This document shows, piece by piece, positions 12,520 through 26,384 of a stretch of DNA of 64,000 bases. The notes below the pieces were generated by a model. That model had not been told where the DNA came from. It worked only from the letters and a program-made list of their open reading frames with translations, and searched no databases. Source of the DNA: Octopus sinensis (lineage: Eukaryota); NCBI RefSeq assembly GCF_006345805.1, contig NC_043008.1:31744001-31808000 (forward strand), given 5' to 3'. Each line of letters opens with the position of its first letter. Position 1 is the stretch's first letter. The translations under genes and the position numbers were made by a program.

Positions 12520-14160
12520 GTGACTTACAAAAAATGAAACGGAGGACGCGGTCGACCCCACAAAACACATACTCGCACTGAAGACTTTGCTGTGTCTCTT
12601 TTTTGTTCTCATTTAGACAGGTTCTTTCACTCACAACATACTTGCTACAGACTTCCATCTTTTACGAAACACACTTTGCGACAGGCATTTCTTCGCCAGC
12701 CTTATCTTATTTTCCGTTTCATGTGGAAAACGAAAAAGTCGATTAGCTCGAGACTGGAGATAAACATGCCTGTTGCAATTCCTATCACTCTCGTCTTCCA
12801 TACTACCTCTTTCGCAACAGCAACTACCGAGAGAAAACAGGTTCGCCCCTCCCTATTCAGGGAGGTCGGCGGAACTATCTTAATTACAGATTCGCTCGAC
12901 AGTTGTACTCTTCTCGAATGCGACAGCAGGCGTTCAACATAAGCCCAGAGCTCAGTCACCTTGGGGCATTGCACAATCGCGCGCAGGACAGTTTCACTGT
13001 CCTGCTCGCATCTTGCACAAACCGGTGAAGGCGCACACCCATGTCTAAAGAGCTTATCTAGAACCGGTAAAGCTCCCCTGTAACATTGCCAGGCCAGGGA
13101 CTTTTGGTAATTATCCATAGGCCCCGGCCCGAATGTTCTTTGGAACAGGTTGGCCAGTTGATCTTCGTCGAAGCCTAGGGTTTCTCCCAGGACGTCGTTG
13201 CACTTGAACTCTGCTAACCCTCTATAGAAGAACGAGGTAGTACCCCCGCCACTGGCGTTGCCCAACTGGGAGAGAAGTACGAGTGCCTGGTGGCACTCTG
13301 CATGCCACACGCCCAACCTCGGTCTACACTTGATCCATGGGTCTAGTTCGGTAAACGATGTGAACTGTGGAAATAACAGCTTGACGAACGGAGACCACAC
13401 CTGCTCACCGTCCAGGTAAAGTCAGAGGTGCCTGAGCCTGAGCGCATGTCTGCGCATTTTTAGCCACGGCATCCCTAGCCCACCCTTCAGCGGCTTTTGG
13501 CAGCAGATAGAGCGCCTTACAAGAGGTCTGCTGCCCCTCCACAAAAAGCGAAAGAACATGCGTTCCAGCTAGTTCAGCCACGAATCGGGGCAAGGCACAA
13601 CGTTCAAGCAGTAAGTGATTACAGAGGCGATGAACACTTCTGCAATCTCTGCCCTCCCTTTCAGAGACAACCACCACTCAAACCAGGTCTGAGTTAAGAG
13701 AGCTACCTTGCTCGTCACCTCGCTCCAATTCTCTATCTGGAGATCTGAACCGAACCAGACTACAAACATTTTCCCCGGCCCTTCCGTCCAACGTCCCACA
13801 ACGTTGTCGGAAGGCATCGACTTGCCCCTCCAGGTGCCGAGTTGCAAGCCGACCGAGTTATCTCGGTTGATTTTCGCTCCTGCCACCTCTTCATAAGCCC
13901 TTAAGGCCTCACCCACCCACTGTAGGTGCTCAACCCAGGATACGATGACGGTGATGTCGTCCGCATACGCCGAAGTTAACTTTCCGCACCCTAGATCTTG
14001 CGGAGTGCCCCTCATATATTCCAACTTCCTCAGCAATGGCTCGAGGGCCAAAACGTAGAGAAGCGGAGAGAGAAGGCACCCTTGACGTACCGATCGTTCA
14101 ATGCAGAACGGCTCCGAAAAGAAACCGTTCACCCGAACAAACGATTAGATGTCAAAGGTG
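12520..14160 (-). mobile_element. Tx1/L1-clade LINE 3' portion (RT domains 4-7, zf-RVT region, 3' UTR), frameshifted
   Basis: RSVRQGCLLSPLLYVLALEPLL, AYADDIT, C.RC....ET..H....CP. Confidence 0.9.
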
Positions 14161-14941
14161 TCCCAGCCTTGACTATTCCATCTTTTGTTTAGCACTACAT
14201 CTAGGTAATGTATCTAGGACTACATTACACAATATGTCGATTTAAAAATGACGATAATGATTTGAGTAAAATTTGGCTGCTACTTCTAGCAAGTCTAGCT
14301 ACCGTGTAGAGTGTTGCACGTCAACTGGATTGTTGTCAACCTTGGTATGCAATTCTTGGTCTGATCTCTTTTAATGTTATCACATACAGACGTATTAAAA
14401 ATAATCTCATCTCATCTAGGTCATTTCATAGGACTCCCCATTTAAAAAAAAAATAACTTTTCTTACTTGTATTTTTATTGCAAAATAATACCTTTTGTTT
14501 TGTTTTGTTTTATTTACAACAGGTTGTGCAGAGATTAGGGGGACGTAACTCTAAATTTATTGATAACGATCATAGCAACGTTATGAGCTTTAAGGCACGT
14601 TTATGACAACTGTTCTCCCTCGTCTGCGAGGGGAAAGTGCAGTCACCTAGGACTCTGCCCTCTCTCTCTTGCTGATAATGATAATAATATAACAGAAAAA
14701 AGACAGGGAACCGTGTAATCTCTTTAAATACTGCTATAACTTTTAATTATATAATTCGATCAGAGTACACTGTCCCTGAGTTCAATAAGATATCCCGCAT
14801 GCGACCCACTCCTTTCGTACTCGATGGTCCTCTAAAGGGTTGCAAAACTGCTGACGTTCTTTGTTTGGGGTTAAGACAAAGCAAAATAAGGAAACAAAAA
14901 GGACCTGAAAGAGAAACAGAGAAAAATTATTCAACATAGCT

Positions 14942-15087
14942 ATGAATCTTCTTGCCATCGGCTCTGCGTGTGTAGCTATTTTAGCGATATATGGCTACTA
15001 TTCCCAAGTCCGCTACTTCAAAAACTTACCGAAATTCATCGATGGTTTTGTTGACCCAAGATTTAAGCAAGTAGAGGATGCATTCAG
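14942..15087 (+). CDS. Exon 1: MNLLAIGSACVAILAIYGYYSQVRYFKNLPKFIDGFVDPRFKQVEDAF(R), with a hydrophobic signal/anchor segment
   Basis: ATG at 14942; family-typical G-x-V-x-P-x-F-x-x-V-x-x-A-F; donor AG|gtaag at 15088. Confidence 0.88.
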
Positions 15088-16099
15088 GTAAGACTAAATC
15101 CATTCTCTTCTTCAATCAACGAGTTCAAATCGAATTGTTTTTACTCGATTAAATTTAATCATTTGATTTTGTCGGACACGAGTTATCGTTCTTCTATTTA
15201 TGTTATTCATTGACGAAATTTCTCCGACTACTATATTCACATGCCAACTACAGTGTGATCAGCTGTGTATAAGGTCATTTGACCGCCTAGAAATAGCAGC
15301 CATATTTGCCTCAAATGACATACCATTCCGTCATTAATGAAGAAATTTTGGTTAAACTAAAGCGTTACACCATTCAAAGAATAAAAAAAAATGTGTGTAA
15401 TTGGTGTAAAACAACTTCCTCTGAACGAATATGAAAAAAAATGCGCGCACGCGAAAGGAGGGTGTGGGAGATTTTTTTTTTTACTCTAGCTAGTAAGATG
15501 TGTATAAAGGACTTTTAAGTGACGTTCTCACTTGTCTTTTCTTAAGATGTTATCTCAAAGAGCTTTACTCTAACCATCGGCCTAAGCAAACGATAATAAT
15601 TTATGTTAAGTAAATGGTTCTTGTATATGGTGTGGAATAGCTTTTTGTTTACTGTTTTACGAATCATGTATTATTAGGACAGGTATAAAATAAGTTGTCA
15701 ATATATAACGGTTATCCTATCGACACCACCTCCTCAATTATGGCTGTGCCTCTTTCTTCTAGAGAAAACTCAACAGGGTCTTCTTTCCTCGCCTATCTGC
15801 CCAAGCCCGTTCCCCTGGGTGTGGTTTCACGTGAGCAAAACATTTCATCTCTACAATCACTTTGACACCTGACGTGTGGTGCACTGTGCGCCTCATAATC
15901 ACCGTTGCCGTATAATTAATATTTGATATATTTCTGCTCCTATCTAGATATGCTTGTACATATGTTTGAGATAGGTATGTATATGGATGTATATGTACAT
16001 GTCTATGTAGGACACGCGTATATAAATGTGCGCTTTTGTAAGTCTGTATGTTTATATATAGTTGGCTATGTGTATACACAGATTATTTATTAGCCATAG

Positions 16100-16132
<33 letters not shown>

Positions 16133-19100
16133 CTCTTACTCTTTACTCTTTTACTTATTTCAGTCATTTGATTGCGGCCATGCTGGAGCACCGCCTTTAG
16201 TCGAACAAATCGACCCCAGGACTTATTCATTGTAAGCCTAGTACTTATTCTATCGGGGTTATTTTACCGAACCGCTAAGTAACGGGGACGTAAACACAAT
16301 AGGTGGTAATGGCTGGAATGCTTTGATCATTGGTGTGCTCAATTATGGTGACCTAGGGCTTAACAGCAATAATTTGAACTGCTGAGAAATGTGATCAAAA
16401 GGAAGCTTTAGAGAAGGGTGCCATTTTGTGTTAAGTACTTAGCATGGGGCTTTGGTATAGAGAAAAATATACAGAAGAGTAAAAGTAAGACTCTTGGACA
16501 GAGGTGGTTGTGGGTGGGTGGGGGGGTCATGCACAGTTTGTTAGCTCAATAGTAGAAGAGAGAGAGAATATAAACCAACAGTAGTAATATGTTGGTGAAT
16601 GAAAAATGACAAACTGGTTCTTGTCATTCTTTATGGTTAAAGTCCTTAGTGATAACAAACATTTAGCTGGAAATGTAGTACTGCTCCACAAAGGGCCAAC
16701 AAAGAAGACACTCTATGTGGTGGTTTGACTTCCAAGAAATAGCAGCTAAATTTGTCTGTAAAATAGAAAAGAAAAAAAAAACCATTGTTTTATAAGAGAA
16801 AGCACATGTTGGATAATGTAGTCCAATGTACACTATGTCAGGAAGAAAAGAAACAAATAAATAAAAAGTGGAATGATCACTGCTGGAACAATTTTAATGA
16901 TTGGTCTGCTTCACCAAAAGTAATGTGTATTTAAACAACAACATGAACAGCAACAACTACACAAAACAAACGAAATAAAAGCAAAAATTCCAATCATACA
17001 TAGAGGCAGGCGTGGCTGCATGGTAAGCAGCTTGCTTCCTGACTGCATGATTCCAGGTTCAGTCCCACTGCTTTGCACCTTGGGCAAATGTCTTTTACTA
17101 TGGCCTTGGGCCAACTGAATCCTTGTGAGTGGATTTGGTAGATAGAAACTGAAAGAAGCCCATTGTGTATAAAAATGTGTGTGTTTGTGTTTTGTCTTTG
17201 TGTCTGTGTCTGTGTTTGTTCCCCTCCACTGATTGACAACCGGTGTTGGTGTGTTTACATTCCTGTAACTTAGCAGTTCAGCAAAAGCAACCAATAGAAT
17301 AAGTACCAGGTTTAAAAAAAAAAAGAAACATTGAGGTCAATTCCTTCGACATGAAATTCTTTAAGGTAGTGCCCCAGCATGGCCACAGTTAAATGACTGA
17401 AACAGGTAAAAGATAAAAGATACAAGGTGGAAAATAATTAAGATAAAACAGTAAAAGAGAATTAAAATTAATTATTGAAGACAACTTTGATAGACACTGA
17501 TACAGCTTTAAGAAAAAAATTATCTATTCTTGGATCATTTAGCCATAAAACTTAAACTTTAAACATCACTGTAAATCTAAATATTCACAATAGTGCTAAG
17601 TTGGCCTACTTATTAACCTTTGGGTTGATAAAAGAATTCTCTTGTAAATAGAGTGTGACAATGAAAAGCAAAATGTGAATATCTGATAGCATATGATGTA
17701 TAAGATTATATATATTTTTAGGTAGAGGCATAGCTGTGTGACTGATGAGTTCATTTTGCAAATACAAGGATCCTGTTTTGAAATTTGCAAGATAGCTTGT
17801 ATGGATGTTATACACATACACACAAATGTGTGCATGCGCACACACATGCATGTACACATACACACATGCATACACACACACTCACAGACACACACATGTC
17901 TACACATGCTTGCATGCATACTTACACACATGCACTGACACACACACACACCATCAACGTCGTTTAACATCTGCTGTCCAGTTAGATGCCCTTCCTTTCA
18001 TCAACCACTCAGCAGAGTAGACTTAGTGCTTTTTATGTGGCACAAACACAGGCGTGATCAGTTTTGGCAAGGTTTTTACAACTGGAGGCCCTTCCAAATG
18101 CCAACCACTTCACAGTGTAGACTACGTGTCTTTAAGTGGCACCTGTACTGACACGGTCCCCAAGTACTTGCAAGACAAAAAAATCTCTTGAAAGGGGAGG
18201 GGACACTGGAGGAGGTGATTAAAGGTTATAGTGAGATAGGGAGATAGAAACAGGTGTCTTACTGTAGAGGAGCTACAAGGTTACCTAGTCGGATAGAGAG
18301 GGAGAGATCAGGAATGAAGACAGGAATAGGTGCGCTGCCGCAAAGGAAATACATGGTTACCCAACCTGAAGGAAGTGCAGGAGAAGGAGAGAGGGAGTGG
18401 GAGACAGTAGGTTAGAGATGGTAGCAAAGTGCCAGGCATACTCACAAGAGACAGCGATCAGAATATAAATGGGATGGTTGAGTAAAGGAAGAGAGAGATA
18501 TATAGAGAGATATACAGGATAGAGATGGTGGCAAGTGCCAGGGCATACCCTTGAGATTCGAACAAGAGTGGCGATATATTGCGAAGGAAGTGTGATTAAA
18601 GAGAGCAGAGGGTGGGGTGGCAAAAACCCGGGTATATATAGAGTCGGGGGCTACCGGATAACATTGATACAGAAGAACAGGGCCATGAGGACAGGACTGA
18701 GGTGAGAGCTAGGTATAGTGTATGAAGGAGGAAATGTGAGGAAAAGAAGAGATGTAGAGATGTAGATTGGTTTGTTGGGGTAGGGTGTGTGAAAAGGTTT
18801 CTTGTTACATGGATAAGGACATGATGTTGCACCTCTCTGGTGTCTTAAAGGATGACCTGTGACTGCTTGTTGGTTTGTTCACATCCTCATGACATAGTGG
18901 TTTGGCAAAAGAGGCCAACAGAATAAGTATCAAACTTTAAAAAATAATAAGTACTGGGGTCAGTTCATTCAACTAACCTTCAAAGGATGGCTGCAGTCCA
19001 ATGACTGAAACAAGTAAATGATAAAAGATGCAGAAAAGAGTATCTTTAATTGAAAAAAAAAATGCATATTGATCCCAAAAAAGAATCTTTTTGCTTTCCC

Positions 19101-22100
19101 ATCTCTATCATAACAGCTGGTGATCCCAGCACCTTTCCTAAACTAAAGCAGAATATTTGTATTTGTCTTGTATGGGAGATGAAAAAATGTTATTTAGAAT
19201 TCAGTTTGATGGAAATTATGTCAACAAAACATAGACTAAAGAGATGTGGTACAGTTGGGATGAACAAGGGAGCTTGGTTCAGGATAGGAAAAAATGTTAA
19301 TGGCTTCAGTCTTAGTAGAGACAATGGTTAGAAAGAAAAATTTACCTGTTATTTTGGTTTTGGATGAGATAGTATCTCATATTATTTTTCCTGCTATTCT
19401 GGTGCGATCAAGGACCAATATAATGGTTTCAAATTTTGGCACTGAGCCAGTAAGTTCAAAGGTGGCAGCAAGTAATTACACCTACCCCAGAGCTCAACTG
19501 GTACATGTTTCATTGACCCTCAATGAATTAAAGGTAAAGTCAACCTCTGCAGAATTTGAACCCACAATGCAAGGATGGAGAAAATGCTGCTAAGAATTTT
19601 TCCAGGCATGCTAACAATTCTGCCAGCCCACTGCCTTAATGACTAATAATATATTGATTTCTAATATAGGTAGAAGGCTATAAAATTTGGATTAGGGGAA
19701 AGATAGAGTTAGAGAATTGAACTGCCCATATCTTACCACTTTTTTTCCAGTACTTATTTTATTGGCCCAGGAGGAGTGATAAAAGGTGAAAAATGACTTC
19801 AACAGACTATTTGCTATTCAGCCATCTACCCCTAATAAATAGTAACTGGATCTCTGTTAGTTTCAACAATGAGGTTTCAGTTGTTTGATCAATGGAATTG
19901 CCTGATCATTGTGTAAATGGCTGAGTATCCCTTAGACAAAAATATTACTGATGTAATCTTCAGGTAAAATTAGCATGATTCAATGTGTATCTGATGAGTC
20001 TCCAAACTGTTTCTGTCAATCTCATTCCACTCATAAGGTTTAGGTCACCCTAAGTCTTGGGGTACTTGCCCAAGATGCCATACAGTGAAATTGAACCAAG
20101 GATCTTGTGATTCAAAGTAAAATTCTTAACTGTTTGGTTATGCTGTATCCACAATAGAAATTGTTATCTTGTCCTGCTTATGTATATAATCATGCTTTTG
20201 TTTTTTTTTTTTTTCCTTTTTCACAGGCACAACTAATAAATCCCTTCAAACTCACCTTTTTGTACTTTTATTTCTTTTATAGACAAAATGTCAACAACGA
20301 ACTTGAGCTTGGTGGCACCTTTGCTGCCTATTATAAAGGAGAATTGGTGGTTGATCTATGGGGTGGTTATGCAAATGCAGAATCACCCTGGAGAAACGAC
20401 ACACTAGGTACCATCTTCTCTGTTTCCAAAGGAGTGGCTGCAATACTACTGGCCAAATTCGTTGAGAAGTAAGTATCTATTACAAACACACTACAGAAAT
20501 CCCCCATGTCACTAATTATCTTCAAATTTTCATTACAAAATCAAAATTAACCCATCTCTGTTCACAAAATTCAATACAAAACTCTTATAATTTAGAAACT
20601 TGTCCCAATGGTACACCAAGAAATGGCAAATAAAAATATTTCAATGTTTGTGGGATGGATTGTAATTGTGATTTTGGGGGCATACCAGTTCTGGATACTG
20701 CTAGGGGTTATATTCTACTAAATCAGGTCATAACTAAGGACATAATTTGGGAGCTATTTGGGCATAATTTGAGGGCTTGGGTCCCTCTACCACCAAACCA
20801 GGTCATGATCAATGAAGAAGGATAAACCCTAGCATGCAAAACAAGGTTCTGGCTAGCAAGATCATGCTCCTGTTTTTGGTTCTTGTTAAATGACCCTCAC
20901 AGTCAAACTGTCAAAAACAACCAGCATGTACTCAGTCTGGACCCATGAAAGAACCTCAGGGAAATAACAAACTGGAATACCTACTATGATAAAGAAGGTG
21001 CACACTAATGAAGTGTACTTCAAACAATCAGAATTCACTTGCATCTCTTTACAGTCCACAATTACATTTTATTTTATGGTTTGTCTTCTATAATTCCAAA
21101 GATATTTAGGATGCATCCTAAATTTAATGGCATAAAAAATATTTGACTTTGTTAGTTGTACTCCAATTTCAGCAGTGCATATTCAGGAATAATTGAGTCT
21201 CAACTCCAGTACATGACTGGTACTTTTATTTTATCAACATTGGAAAATTGAAAGACAAAGTTGATCTGAAAGGGGTTTGGATTCATAGTATAAAAGACCC
21301 TAAGATTTGTTTCATACACTTACGATTCTAATTTACCATGATTTGTCATCATCATCACCATCTTCCTCCTCTTCCTCCTCCTCCTCCTTCTCATCATCAT
21401 CATTTAACATCCATTTTCCATGCTGGCATGGGTTGGATAGTTTGACAGGAACTGACAAGTCAGAAGACTGCACCAAGCTCTGCTGTCTGTTTTGGCATGG
21501 TTTCTATGGCTGGATGCCTTTCCTAATGCCAACCACTTTACAGAGTGTACTGGGTGTTGTTTTACATGACACCAGCAGTAATGAGGTCACCAAGTTACTT
21601 GCAAGACAAAACCCCCTCAACTGAGATGAGGAGAGTAGTACAGAGGGACAGAGAAAGGTGTTTTGCATTAGAAAAGAAACAGGGCTATCTCAGATGGAGA
21701 GAAACAGGAGAGAAAGATAGTGAAGATGTGACAAGGAAGAGGTAGGAAACCATAGATTCAAGTTACAGTTTGAGGCATATATCAAACTAGCCTGGGAATT
21801 TTTTGATACTACCTTGTATTGAAGTGGACCAGGTGTTGGAAAGATGAGACTTGTAATAATAGTATTCTGCTAAACTAACCTCTGTTACTGCAACAGAAGA
21901 CCTGAATATATGTTGACACTATTTCTTTGCAGGGGTTATATTGATTATAATCAGAAAGTCAGTCACTACTGGCCAGAATTTGCTCAGAATGGTAAAGAAT
22001 CCATTACAGTTGGCATGTTGGTTAGCCACCAGGTAAGTTTCCTAATTATTTTAATTCTTTTTGTTTATCCTTTTCTTTCACTTATTTCAGTCAATGGACT

Positions 22101-22270
22101 GCGACCATGCTGGGGCTCTGCCTTGAAGGATTTTTAGTCAAACAAATCAACTAAAGTACTTGCTTATTCTATCAGTCTCTTTTGCTGAACTGCAAATTTA
22201 TGGGGATATAAACAAACCTACACCTGTTGTCAGGTGGTCAGGGTGGAGAAGAAACACAAAGGGACATGCA

Positions 22271-22303
<33 letters not shown>

Positions 22304-25275
22304 AAATTTCACATAGCTCCATCTACCAAATTCCAATCACAAAGTATTGGTGAAACTATGGTTATAATAAAAGACATTTATTTGTTTAAAAAGCAGATCT
22401 GTCCTTAGAAAAACCAATGAAGTTTGCAATTGTGGTATATTCTCACACTTGCTTTCTCTTTTTTTCAGTCAGGTATAATTGGTTTTGATGAAAAACTGCA
22501 GTTCACTTTGATGTCTTCAGACTATGATCGTTTTCTATCCATCTTGGCTGCTCAGAAACCCCAGTGGACACCTGGTAAGTAAATCCATCACACTCTTTTT
22601 CTTAGTATATGTGTGTGTGTGTGTGAGAATGTGTCTATGTAAATTGTGATACAGCTATTGTTCACAACAGAACATATGCAACCTGTGGAAAGGTGTGCCA
22701 TTCAGTTGGAGGATTAAAAAGATATGTCAAAAGACTTCATTCTGTGGCACTTGTTCCTTCTGCCAGCCAGAACAACTGTGCATTATGCAATAAAATGTGC
22801 AAATCTTTGGCAAGACTCCAAATCCTTGTTGAGTGTCCATGTAAAAAGGGTAAGGACTGGCTTACTTGAAATGTCTTAACTGAGGAAGATGTTGCGTAAG
22901 AGCTGAAACGTGTGTATTAAATGCATTCAAAATATTACTATTTGGTTTAAATATATTATGTATGTATGGCTGTTGCCAGCCTCCCTAGGCACCTGTGCCA
23001 GTGGCACGTAAAAAGCACCCACTACACTCATGGAGTGGTTGGCATTAGGAAGGGCATCCAGCTGTAGAAACACTGCCAGATCAGACTGGAGCCTGGTGCA
23101 GCCCCCTGGCTTCCCAGAGCCAGTCAAATCATCCAACCCATGCTAGCATGGAAAACGGACGTTAAACGATGATGATGATGATGATGATATATGTGTATAT
23201 ATAAATATGTGTGTATATATATATATACATTTGTGTGTGTTGGTGTATATACACAAATGTATATATGTATGTACTTTTAAAATCTTAATACATTTTTCCA
23301 TATATTATATATAACATCTCTCATACTACCATCTGCTTCATATTTGTAAGCATTCTTACACACTCCATGTCTTCTTTACTTTGCTTTTTCTTTTTTAACT
23401 CTTAGTGATGGTTTTGAATTTACTTGTATCTCTTTGAGCTCTTGTGACTAATAAACAAAAGATCATCACCTCCTCCTCCTCCCCTTCCTCTGTTTTCTTT
23501 ACCTTGAAAATTTTTAGTGGTATCTAGTTACGTGCCTTTACAAGTTGATTTTGTCTTTCATCCTTTTAAGATAAATTAAATGAATACCAGTGAAATACTG
23601 GGGTTAATATAATCGATTGGTCCCACCTGAATATCAGACAGTCAATCAAGATGCTGTGCAACCAAATCACCTTTTTGCAAGAAATGGAAAAGAACTTAAG
23701 AAAGTTACTAACTTCAAGTACCTTGATACTTGGATGGAAAGTAATGAAAAGGACTTTGCTGTACAAAAGGTACTTGCTTGGAGTATCTGTCACAAACTTT
23801 GACTTTCAACAAAAAGCTTGAAATTTACAAATATAGCTGCTACATAGGAATGTTAAGAATGGTTCTGAATACTAAATGGTGAGCTCATTTAACCAATGAG
23901 CAGCTTTATCAAGATCTACCCAAAGTGATTGAGCAGATTCAGCAGAGAAGAATGAGACTTGCTGGTCATTGCATCAGGTACCCAGAAGAACCTGTGTGTC
24001 AACTGGTCCTATTGCAGTTAGTTGAACTAAGTATGTCAAACCTTGTGACATACTTAGATTGTTGAAAAAATCGATAATACGGCCCCTGGAAGGGACCTTT
24101 ATATCTACCTCATTTAACTAATTTTTTAATACCCAAGGGAAATAACCCATAGCACCTGCACAGTATTTTTTTTTTAAACCTTCAAAGGAAATAGCCCATT
24201 TCATTATTTATGTTCGATTACTTTGAATATTGATTTTTTTGTGTGTCCAATTTCTAATTTTTGCAGACAATATCACTATTATACTTTATTTGACACATGA
24301 GTAGAACTCATGTCAGGAAACCGCGTGACATACTTAGATTGTTGAAAAATATCGATGATAGGGCCCCTCCAATGGATCCTTCTATCTACTACATATTACT
24401 AATATTTTATTTAAATAACCCAAGGAAAATAACCCATACCACCTGTAGTTTTTAGCGAAGTGATCAATATTTGATTCTCACGATCAGCCGGCCTAATACT
24501 GCGTTTCACTAGTCACAGTTTTGAACTGCTAAACATTATTATTGCACATCCTTAATTTGAATCTTAAACATTAAAGACTTCATTCATACATTTCTATACA
24601 TACATACTTTTTTGAATGCCCATTACTTCGATAATTCTGCGTTTTTATAGTTACACTTTTTCCATGACAGTAGATAAATTTTTTATTCCACAATGTATTC
24701 ACAGTGGCTTCATGTAGGTATAGCGTGGATTCGATCCTCTATTGCCAAATTTTACTTAACACCCCAACAGTGCTTTTCTCACGGTAAAACAATAGTTTTT
24801 CTGTGAATGACAGCAGTTATACATTTCCCAGATGCCTTCGCTAAGCAGAATAATATCTTTGCCACATGACCCTTCTAACCTTTTCTAGACCACTAGAGGC
24901 TAGAATGGAGATAATAGACCTCCAACGAAATCATTTGTTCTCAACAATATATCTATCCTTCTGGATGCTTTTCGATAGTTATAAAGAACTCCGTAAGCTA
25001 AAGGCAGTAACTGAGAGAGACCCTCAGCGAGTGTGAATGTTATCATTGCACTTTCTTTAAACACTTCATTCGTATATTTATATACATACAATCTCTTCCT
25101 CCTCCAGCTGACAGTTTTTTGTACTTTTTCGTGATGGAAAATACACCTTTTGTGACTGTTATAACGAAATTGCCTTCTTATATCAGAGTTATAAGACAAT
25201 ATCAGTACAACATTTTTACCCCCGGGAATTGCCAGGTACACCAGCTAGTATATATACATAAATATATATACATAA

Positions 25276-25310
<35 letters not shown>

Positions 25311-26048
25311 TACATACATATACGGTGGGAGGACACTACACATACTCTCCGTTTGTTTTCTTTTTCTTCTTTTGTCTTCTACATTTCATTTTATTGCTTT
25401 CTTTTTCTTCTTCATTCTTCTCCACCCCTCCATCATTCACAGACATCTGGCTGCTGCAGGGAATCTAAATCTGTTCCCCTCCACTTTTGCTTTCTCCACT
25501 CCTCCTCTTCCTTCTTTTCTTCACTAATTACTGAAACGATGTCCAGCAGATATATCATCTGTAGACAGAAACAATCTTTTTCCAGTCATCATCCTGTAAC
25601 ATCCTCCTTACCATCACCACCATCTTAATCCCCATCACAACCACTACCATCATCATCATTATCATCATCATCATCCACTGATGTCATTGCCGTTGCTATT
25701 AACATCAACATCATTACCATCATCACTGCCATCATCATCATCATTGTCATCACAGGATTTTAATTAATCATTGATTAATTTTTGTACATTGGTTGTGTAT
25801 ATTTTTTTGTTTTATAGGAACTAAAGTTGGATATCACGTAATAACTTATGGCTTGTACATCGATGCATTGCTGGCCAAGGCAGATCCCCACAAGCGTCCA
25901 ATCGAGAGAATTTTCCGAGAAGAGATTTCAGAACCATATGGTATTTGCTATTCTTTACATTTTTGAGTGTGTGTATGTGTATGTGTGAATATATGTTAGT
26001 ATGAATGTGTGTATATATGTGTGTATGAATGGGTGTGTTTGTGTATGA

Positions 26049-26081
<33 letters not shown>

Positions 26082-26352
26082 GTGTGTGTGTGTGTGTGTA
26101 TGTGTGTGTATGAATGTGTGTCTGTGTGTAGGAATGTGTATGTATGAATGTGTGTAGATGCATACTTCTACTCACCCAATTCCTTGAGGGGTCACCTGCT
26201 CACCTCATCTTTTTGCAATTCCTACTGACTATTCTTTACGTCTCCTCTTAAGCATGAGTGATCACACAGCTATTCTACAAGCGCCCACTCTTCTACCCAC
26301 CTTGTCTCGTACTTTAATCCCTTGTCTCCTACTATATGTATATACATGTATG

Positions 26353-26384
<32 letters not shown>

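Noticed and set aside
24480-25241. Faint similarity of minus-strand translations to a Helitron PIF1-like helicase (GGKNVVL..D.RRQ)
   Set aside because: Too degraded to support by eye; a tBLASTn or HMM search would be needed.
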